DNA of 40,694 nucleotides, taken from Candidatus Poseidoniaceae archaeon (GTDB taxonomy: Archaea > Thermoplasmatota > Poseidoniia > Poseidoniales > Poseidoniaceae). The DNA lies in the NCBI GenBank assembly GCA_949538025.1, contig CATISI010000190.1, positions 1 through 40,694 on the forward strand, given 5' to 3'. The notes under the pieces are model-generated. The model made no database searches. It worked only from the letters and a program-made list of their open reading frames with translations, and had not been told where the DNA came from. Shown here one piece after another: positions 34,338 to 40,694 of the stretch. Made by a program: the position numbers and the translations under genes. Numbering within the stretch: the first letter of the stretch is position 1; every line of letters begins with the position of its first letter.

Positions 34338-36041
34338 ATGTCCGCCTCCAGCATTGTCTCCCGTGACTGGGATGATGTTGTTGGAACCTACGATGGTACA
34401 GCATCTTCGTCACTTGGAACTTCAACCGGCGGCGTCAAACTGCTCGAACCACAGCGTGGTTTTGCTGCCTTTTCGACCACGTTCCGTTACATGTTCCGAG
34501 AAGAATGGCGAGAAAACATCGACTTTGCAAAGAAACGACAGGTTGTCTTGTTCCCGTTGTTGTTAACGCTCGTTACCATGGTTACGACCGTAGGATTGCA
34601 ATTCCTTGTGGGTGACTCTGCAGCACAATCTTCCGATATGGATGCGAAATCGTTCACATGGAATCAACTTCGATTTGCTTTGCACCTGCCTCTTTTGTTC
34701 TTTAGCTTGGGAATGGGAACGTTTGCCTTCCGTGGCCGTGAGGCAATCTCACAACGTGATGGCAACAAGAACCATCTTATTGCAGCACCAGCCATTCAAC
34801 CGTTGCCAAACTCAATGGCCCATTACGCCTTTTTCGTCAAGGAATTGGTCTACTATGCTTTGTTGATTTTGACTCCTATCATTTTCGGAATGGCACTTGG
34901 AATCATCCTTGGTGAGTTTGGAGCCATCACGACACCACTCAAATGGTCTTCATTGCCATGGACCTGGTTGGCCATGTTCACGACCATCGCTCAGGGTCTT
35001 GCCATCTCATTTCTCGCCTCTTCGCTCTGGATGCGAGGTCGTCCTTTCACGATCGTCGGACCAATTCTGATTGTATTCCTTGGAATTGCGGTGGGTATCG
35101 GCCTCATCGATCTTGACCTAGGTCTTTGGGGACTTGCGATACAACGCGAACAAGCGCTTTGGATTGTTGTAGCCGCATTGATTGGTTGTGCACTCATAGG
35201 CTTGATTTCAGCTGTACTCATTCTCGATGATTTTGAAGCCAAGGTCATCGAACATGCTGATCTCTTCGAACCATTCCATCGTCGTTTGAACTTCCTCGGG
35301 CGAGGCGAAGTACGCCTTCTTGTTGCTAAGGAATTCGTTGATCTCCGTCGCTCAGGAGCACTCAAAAAGATGACGGTGTCCTATTCCATTCCTCTTCTCG
35401 TTCTTCTTGGAATGGCATGGTTGGTCGACTTCGCCGAAGCACCAATCCCAATCAATTTGCTCTCATATGCTCCGTTCTTGGGATTTTTCGGCTTCAATTT
35501 CTACTCATGGCTTACAGCACTGGATTCCCCTGATTTCATGAACGGACTCCCATTGAGTGTTCCCCAATTGATTCGAGCCAAGGTCGTTGTCTACTTCCTC
35601 GCAACGTCATGGATTTCTTTGATTTTCCTTGTCATCATGGCATGGCGCCTTGATGAATGGGGGGCGCTTCCAATCGGCATCATCATCATGTTCGCAAATT
35701 CGATTTACATCGTTGCCCTCACAGCCTTTTTGATGGGGCTGCGTCCGAACAAAGCCATCTTCGATGGAGCCATTATGACCAAGTTCTGGATTGGTACTGT
35801 CTTCCCTCTCCTCATGTTGTTCCTTCTTTCCTTCACCCAAGGTGACACAGAATTTTATCAGAATTGGTTTACCCAGGTACGACAAAACGGTCTTGATGCT
35901 GAATCGGTCACCTTCGACAGTGAACAAATGCAGCAAGGCTTCTGGGGCATGCTTGGCGTATCTCTTGCCTTGATTGGTGCCAGTGGATTGTTGTGGAAAC
36001 TCATGGACCGCCGTTGGGGCAAATCGCCCTTTGACAACTAA
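34338..36041 (+). CDS. Large polytopic membrane protein, the putative permease partner of the ABC ATPase (567 aa)
   Basis: ATG lies 2 nt after the ATPase stop and is preceded by GGAGGAGTGA. There are at least 10 hydrophobic helices. The track ORF extends upstream to 34161 inside the ATPase gene, which is unlikely to be real. Confidence 0.65.
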   Translation: MSASSIVSRDWDDVVGTYDGTASSSLGTSTGGVKLLEPQRGFAAFSTTFRYMFREEWRENIDFAKKRQVVLFPLLLTLVTMVTTVGLQFLVGDSAAQSSDMDAKSFTWNQLRFALHLPLLFFSLGMGTFAFRGREAISQRDGNKNHLIAAPAIQPLPNSMAHYAFFVKELVYYALLILTPIIFGMALGIILGEFGAITTPLKWSSLPWTWLAMFTTIAQGLAISFLASSLWMRGRPFTIVGPILIVFLGIAVGIGLIDLDLGLWGLAIQREQALWIVVAALIGCALIGLISAVLILDDFEAKVIEHADLFEPFHRRLNFLGRGEVRLLVAKEFVDLRRSGALKKMTVSYSIPLLVLLGMAWLVDFAEAPIPINLLSYAPFLGFFGFNFYSWLTALDSPDFMNGLPLSVPQLIRAKVVVYFLATSWISLIFLVIMAWRLDEWGALPIGIIIMFANSIYIVALTAFLMGLRPNKAIFDGAIMTKFWIGTVFPLLMLFLLSFTQGDTEFYQNWFTQVRQNGLDAESVTFDSEQMQQGFWGMLGVSLALIGASGLLWKLMDRRWGKSPFDN

Positions 36042-36076
36042 CAACATTGATGAGTCCTCGCCGCAGCGTTTCAAGC

Positions 36077-36625
36077 ATGAGTCGAGTCCTCGCCGTCTGT
36101 GGAATGCCCGGCTCTGGCAAGGGCGAGTTCGCTCAAGTCTTCATGGAAGCCGGTATTCCCGTCCGTTCTATGGGCGATATGGTGCGAGAAGAAGTTGCAC
36201 GAAGAGATCTCGAAGTTGTCCCCGAAGTCTTCGGCCAAGTTGCCTCTGACTTGCGCCGTGAATTCGGAGAAGATGTTCTCGCAGTACGCCTTACTGCAGC
36301 CGTTGATGAACTGCTCAACACGCACTCACTCGTTCTCATCGACGGTCTTCGTGGAACAGCAGAATACAGGGTTTTCAAATCAACATGGGGTGATAGATTC
36401 CAATCGGTTGCAATCCACACCGACAAAGACATTCGATTCGAACGAATGATGGCGCGTGGACGAAGCGAAGACGGCGGAATCGCAACCTTCGAAGCCCGCG
36501 ATGAACGTGAAAAAGGATGGGGTTTAGAAGACCTCATTGACGATGCTGATGTCCTTGTCGAAAACAACGATGATTTGGTTCAATTCCAGAATCAAATTAG
36601 AACATGGTTGGCCACGTTCATCTGA
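36077..36625 (+). CDS. UPF0200-family P-loop nucleotide kinase-like protein
   Basis: VLAVCGMPGSGKGEFAQVFMEAGIPVRSMGDMVREEV, LIDGLRG, RFERMMARGRSED and RDEREKGWGL match the archaeal UPF0200 pattern (GMPGSGKS...IPVxxMGDxVREE...RGRxDD...RDxRE). An alternative start is ATG 36050. Confidence 0.7.
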   Translation: MSRVLAVCGMPGSGKGEFAQVFMEAGIPVRSMGDMVREEVARRDLEVVPEVFGQVASDLRREFGEDVLAVRLTAAVDELLNTHSLVLIDGLRGTAEYRVFKSTWGDRFQSVAIHTDKDIRFERMMARGRSEDGGIATFEARDEREKGWGLEDLIDDADVLVENNDDLVQFQNQIRTWLATFI

Positions 36626-36702
36626 GCCTCTCGACCTCGTTTGGCAACCAAAGGTTATAGTCGGGCGCAACCTGTCAAGGATTGTCTCGGCGGTGATTTG
36701 TT

Positions 36703-38229
36703 ATGGCTAGGAAAAAAGGTGGGGGCGGACGAGGTCGACAGAGAGCACAACAACGTGCCCAGTACGATGAGCTTGACAAGTACCCCGTCATGCCTCCTCA
36801 TGCCTTTGCTCGCATCGTTCGTGACAAGCGAACACTCAACATCATCTACCAAATCATCGAACCTCCGATGACTAAGAAAGAGCAAGAGCAACGTGAAGAA
36901 ATCATGGACATCTTCATCCGTTCACTCACAGCCAACATTGAAGAGATTGATGGCAATCCTGAGGCTTATCTTCGAACAGCGATGGACAAGGTTATCAAAT
37001 CCTACGGTATGAAAATCACCAAGAAGTCTAAGTCCAAACTCTTCTACTACATCCGTCGCGACCTGATTGGCTACGGTCAAATGGACGTTTTGATGAACGA
37101 TGCCAACGTTGAGGATATTTCGCTTGACGGCACGGGCGTTCCAATTTTTGCATATCATCGAAAATTCGAATCGGTCGAGACAACCTGTGTTTGGGATACC
37201 GATGAAGAACTCGAATCCTATGTCATCAAACTCGCACAACGTTGTGGAAAGCACATCTCCGTTGCAGATCCGCTACTTGACGCTACGCTGATGGACGGTT
37301 CTCGTATCGTCATGAAGTTGGGCCGAGAAGTATCTACTCGTGGTTCGGCTTTCTGTATTCGACGATTCAAGGACGACCCGTTTTCACCAGCCGACATTGT
37401 CGCTTTCCGTACCATGTCCTCGCTCATGGTGGCCTACCTCTGGATCGCTTTCCAGAACGAAGTTCCTATGCTGTTTGTCGGTGGTACGGCGTCCGGTAAG
37501 ACAACAACGCTCAACGCCATGTGCATTTTCATTCCTTGGCAAATGAAGATTGTCTCCATCGAATCCACCCGTGAAGTCAACATCCCTCAACCTAACTGGG
37601 TTCCTGGTCTGACGAGACAAGGGTTCGGTGGTGAATCGAGCGAAGGTGAAATTGGAGAGTTCGAGTTGTTGAAGGCTGCGTTACGTGAACGGCCTGAATA
37701 CATCATTGTGGGTGAGATTCGTGGTGCAGAGGCTTACGTTCTGTTCCAAGCGATGGCAACAGGTCACTGTGCCTATTCAACCGTGCACGCCGACTCCGTA
37801 CCGTCCCTCGTTCACCGATTGGAGAACAAACCGATCGACATTCCTCGTGTATTGCTTCCTGCCCTCGAGGCTTGTTCGATTCAGATTCAAACCCGTATCA
37901 ACGGACGACGTGTTCGACGTACAAAGCAGATTGTCGAGATCGTTGGTATCGATCCGAACTCGATGGAAGTCATCACCAACGAAGTGTTCCGTTGGGACGT
38001 TTCTTCGGACGATTTCATTTTTAGTGGAAAGTCCTACGTTCTTGAGAAAATCATGGTCAAAATCAACTTCTCGCAAGATGAAATGCGTCGTGAATTAAGA
38101 ACCCGCAAGCGGATTCTCGAGTGGCTCGTTCTCAACGATATTCGAAAGGCTGACCAAGTGTCGCAAATCGTTACGGAATACTACGTGCGACCGAATGAAG
38201 TACTTGCTCGTGTTGATGGTCTTCGATGA
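36703..38229 (+). CDS. Type IV filament secretion ATPase of the FlaI/ArlI-PilB (VirB11/GspE) family
   Basis: The Walker A context is MLFVGGTASGKTTTLNA. IESTREVN, LRERPEYIIVGEIRGAEAYVLFQAMATGHCAYSTVHADS and an N-terminal YQIIEPPMTKKEQE are also present. GGTGA lies upstream of the ATG. Confidence 0.9.
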   Translation: MARKKGGGGRGRQRAQQRAQYDELDKYPVMPPHAFARIVRDKRTLNIIYQIIEPPMTKKEQEQREEIMDIFIRSLTANIEEIDGNPEAYLRTAMDKVIKSYGMKITKKSKSKLFYYIRRDLIGYGQMDVLMNDANVEDISLDGTGVPIFAYHRKFESVETTCVWDTDEELESYVIKLAQRCGKHISVADPLLDATLMDGSRIVMKLGREVSTRGSAFCIRRFKDDPFSPADIVAFRTMSSLMVAYLWIAFQNEVPMLFVGGTASGKTTTLNAMCIFIPWQMKIVSIESTREVNIPQPNWVPGLTRQGFGGESSEGEIGEFELLKAALRERPEYIIVGEIRGAEAYVLFQAMATGHCAYSTVHADSVPSLVHRLENKPIDIPRVLLPALEACSIQIQTRINGRRVRRTKQIVEIVGIDPNSMEVITNEVFRWDVSSDDFIFSGKSYVLEKIMVKINFSQDEMRRELRTRKRILEWLVLNDIRKADQVSQIVTEYYVRPNEVLARVDGLR

Positions 38230-38238
38230 GGTGAATCC

Positions 38239-39258
38239 ATGGATCTGACTGCTTGGCAACGCATCTGTCACCGCATCCTCGGTGGTGTGTTCAAGAAACG
38301 TGCACGATCGGATAAGGAACTCTCAGATAATCTCGTTAAAGCATCCATGCCAATGATGCCTGAGGTCTACATGGCTACAGTGTTTGTCACAACGATTGTG
38401 ATCACTGCACTCGGTATCGGCTTTGTCGCTTTGTTCTTCATCCCGGAAATTGGTGTTATCGATTTGTGGGAAAGTCAACAGGACCCTGCTTCTGAAGCAC
38501 CATGCTTCGAATGGGAGTATTGGTATCCTGACCGAATTGATGAGTCCAAACCAGGAAATGGATGCCCTGATTACAAGACACAAGTCTTCCCTCCAGTCTT
38601 GAAGGTCTTACTGGTGGCGATAGGGGCGGTCATTGTTCCAACCGTTGCATGGAGATTCAACAAGAGCGGTGCTGAACGAGAAGCAAAGCGTCGTGGCGAT
38701 ATGATTGAGAAATACCTTCCATATGCAGCATCCTACACAGCTGCGATGTCCGCTGCAAACGCAACACCAGCCAAGATTTTCCGTTCCCTTGCTATGAACA
38801 AAGACATCTACGGTGACGTAGCAGACGATGCAGCGATGGTGTATCGGGATGTTACGCTGCTCGGTTATGACCTGATTACTGCGATGAAACTCAGCGTCGA
38901 TCGTGCTGCTTCGGTCTGGCTCACCGAGTTCTTCCAAGGTATGGTCGGTACGTTGACTGCTGGTGGTCAATTGAAGCTCTATTTCCTGAATCGTGCTGAG
39001 CACTATATGCGTGAGAATCGGACACGTCTTGGGCAATTCTTGGAATCCATTGCTCTCTTGGCAGAATCATACATTGTTGTCGCTGTCGCAATGCCGCTGT
39101 TCCTTATTGTGATGCTTGTCATTATGTTCTGGGTATCCGGTTCTGGTGCTGAGATGTCCGAAGGAATGCTGTATGGCATTGTTCTTGGATTCGTACCGAT
39201 GATTCACGTTGCTTATGCTGTTCTTGTGTACACATCGAGCAAGGAGCAAGAGATGTAG
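38239..39258 (+). CDS. FlaJ/TadC-like platform protein, N-terminal half-size homologue (one T2SSF domain)
   Basis: LSDNLVKASMPMMPEVYMATVFV, a TM, a roughly 55-aa loop with 2 Cys, another TM, then a T2SSF-like cytoplasmic domain (IEKYLPYAASYTAAMSAANATPAKIF...VDRAAS..LTEFFQGM) and C-terminal TM helices. GAGGTGA lies 4 nt upstream of the ATG, 9 nt after the ATPase stop. Confidence 0.75.
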   Translation: MDLTAWQRICHRILGGVFKKRARSDKELSDNLVKASMPMMPEVYMATVFVTTIVITALGIGFVALFFIPEIGVIDLWESQQDPASEAPCFEWEYWYPDRIDESKPGNGCPDYKTQVFPPVLKVLLVAIGAVIVPTVAWRFNKSGAEREAKRRGDMIEKYLPYAASYTAAMSAANATPAKIFRSLAMNKDIYGDVADDAAMVYRDVTLLGYDLITAMKLSVDRAASVWLTEFFQGMVGTLTAGGQLKLYFLNRAEHYMRENRTRLGQFLESIALLAESYIVVAVAMPLFLIVMLVIMFWVSGSGAEMSEGMLYGIVLGFVPMIHVAYAVLVYTSSKEQEM

Positions 39259-39271
39259 GAGGTGACGATAC

Positions 39272-40694
39272 TTGGCTCGAAAAAAGAAGAACAAGATCGT
39301 CGTCAACCTCGACCTTCCGAAAGACGATTCAACAATGACCAAGCTGTACGGTATTTTGTTCGTCTCGATACTTCTTGGTATGACGACAGCCGTCGTTTGG
39401 GCTACAAACTCCGGCTTCATCCCAACTGCCAACGGCGAGCCGATGTTCACGAACGTTGCTTGTGGAATCATTACTGGTGACAACGAAGCATTCAATGGCA
39501 ATTCAAAGCCGACCTACGCCCAGAACCAATCCTGTTCGCTGTTGCAGGACAGCCCGGATATCGTTACATGGAGCGATGAGCCATGGGAAGACATTCTATT
39601 CAGAGGGAAAAATTTCGACGTTCCTGGTGTTGACCCACAAGCAACAGGTGGAGAAGTGGTTATGCAACCGCTGACCATGACGTGTGAGGCAGAGGCAAGT
39701 GAACCTGTGACCTACACTGTCGCCATCCGAGATCGGTATGGTGAAATGCTTGATTACTATCAAGGTAATACTGGTGTTTCTTCCGATCAATGCCTCATCG
39801 AACTGAACTCCATCGATGCCGGTACTCGTTACGAACTGGTTGTCAAATCTGAATCTGACACCATCCCAATCAACGAATTTACCTTCAACATGGAAATCGA
39901 GTACTTCGATGGAGTTCCTGCGAACATGAACAATAAATCGTTTTGGATTGGTCCTGAATACAGCCTTGGTCCGCTCAGCGTCCATCCAACCATCTTCCTC
40001 AACTTCTTTGGATTGATGTTCTTCTTCTTCCTCTGGCCTGCTTCGTTTTACTGGGAAGGCGTCGAGAATAGGAAAAACGAGATTGAAGAAAAGTTCCCTG
40101 ATTTCCTTCGTGACCTTGCAGAATACTGGAAGGGTGGTCTTTCCATGACGGTGGCGGTCCAAACGCTGGCAACGTCCGAATATGGCGCACTGAATGACGA
40201 AGTCAAGAAGATGAGCGACCAGCTCTCTTGGGGTATCAAGTTCAGTGACGTCATTCTTCAATTCGCTGAACGCGTCGGAACGCCACTAGTCAAGCGTGCG
40301 ATTTCGTTGATATCAGAAGCCGATCGTGCTGGTGGTAAAATTTCAGATATTCTTGTCACGGCAGCCAACGACTCTCGTGAGATTAAATTCCTTGAGGGTG
40401 AACGGAAACGAGCGATTGGTTCCTACATTGCTGTTATTTGGACCTCATACTTCGTTTTCCTCGGTGTTATCGTTGTTCTTTCAACGGTCTTTATTCCTGC
40501 AATTGCCAACTCGAATTCTTCCGATGATGGTGGCGGAGGCCAAAACATTGGAAACATGAAGATTCGGAACGTTGACCCACTATTTTTCTTGACAATTTTC
40601 TACTATGGTGTAACCATGCAAGCCATCGGTAACGGATGTATGGCTGGTCTGATGGCCACTGGAAGATTTTCTGCGGGATTCAAACATTCAGGAA
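39272..40694 (+). CDS. FlaJ/TadC-like platform protein, second half-size homologue with an extracytoplasmic insert of about 190 aa. It is 3'-partial and runs off the window.
   Basis: This is my own translation of a frame not listed in the track because it has no stop before the window end. It reads (M)ARKKKNKIVVNLDLPKDDSTMTKLYGILFVSILLGMTTAVVW..., then a Cys-containing domain, then FPDFLRDLAEYWKGGLSMTVAVQTLA..YGALNDEVKKMSDQLSWGIKFSDV..FAERVGTPLVKRAISLISEADRAGGKISDILVTAANDSREIKFLEGERKRAIG, which is a classical T2SSF/FlaJ motif. GGAGGTGA lies 6 nt upstream of TTG 39272, and an alternative ATG is at 39335. Confidence 0.75.
   Translation, partial: MARKKKNKIVVNLDLPKDDSTMTKLYGILFVSILLGMTTAVVWATNSGFIPTANGEPMFTNVACGIITGDNEAFNGNSKPTYAQNQSCSLLQDSPDIVTWSDEPWEDILFRGKNFDVPGVDPQATGGEVVMQPLTMTCEAEASEPVTYTVAIRDRYGEMLDYYQGNTGVSSDQCLIELNSIDAGTRYELVVKSESDTIPINEFTFNMEIEYFDGVPANMNNKSFWIGPEYSLGPLSVHPTIFLNFFGLMFFFFLWPASFYWEGVENRKNEIEEKFPDFLRDLAEYWKGGLSMTVAVQTLATSEYGALNDEVKKMSDQLSWGIKFSDVILQFAERVGTPLVKRAISLISEADRAGGKISDILVTAANDSREIKFLEGERKRAIGSYIAVIWTSYFVFLGVIVVLSTVFIPAIANSNSSDDGGGGQNIGNMKIRNVDPLFFLTIFYYGVTMQAIGNGCMAGLMATGRFSAGFKHSG

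Noticed and set aside
39596-40261. 221-aa minus-strand ORF, the largest track ORF in this region
   Set aside because: The plus-strand frame opening at 39266 runs without a stop to the window end and contains an unmistakable FlaJ/T2SSF domain. The minus-strand ORF is its antisense shadow. The 72-aa plus-strand ORFs at 39262 and 39456 are likewise off-frame.

Overview
The window reads as a compact, gene-dense stretch of an archaeal chromosome. Archaeal markers are a thermosome, Alba, a standalone Bud32 kinase, deoxyhypusine synthase, a UPF0200 kinase and a FlaI/FlaJ-type type IV filament ATPase with platform genes. A marine Thermoplasmatota/MGII-like euryarchaeon is possible but is only an inference, based on the bacterial-type DnaK, secreted peptidases, a giant surface protein and a GC content that looks moderate by eye. 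I support about 41 protein-coding genes and one tRNA-Gly(GCC). I saw no rRNA, CRISPR array, transposase, integrase or recognisable defence genes. Most content is housekeeping:
- Translation: thrS, tRNA-Gly, bud32 and dys.
- Nucleotide and cofactor metabolism: pyrG, nadA, an ITPase and an NAD-kinase-like gene.
- Mevalonate pathway: HMG-CoA synthase.
- Chaperones: an sHsp-like gene, dnaK and the thermosome.
- Polyamine/hypusine: speB, a speH-like gene and dys.
- Peptidases: M17 and M14.
- Envelope: a roughly 1016-aa surface protein, several uncharacterised membrane proteins and an ABC exporter.
Many genes carry GGTGA/GGAGG-type Shine-Dalgarno motifs. Others sit 20-30 nt downstream of TATA-like elements and may be leaderless. 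Intergenic space is minimal: four convergent gene pairs have abutting or overlapping stop codons, and one pair overlaps by 32 nt.
The most unusual observations are:
1. An acidic alpha-crystallin-like protein occupies the position normally held by grpE, immediately upstream of dnaK, and the thermosome follows directly.
2. A FlaI-like ATPase is followed by a platform protein split into two genes, each with a Cys-containing extracytoplasmic insert. No archaellum accessory genes lie upstream.
3. Agmatinase, a SpeH-like gene and deoxyhypusine synthase form a tightly packed operon with no speE.
4. An Mrp/ApbC homologue lacks the CXXC cluster-binding motif and is paired with a separate DUF971 protein.
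All functional calls rest on motif recognition by eye in the supplied translations. No database search was run.
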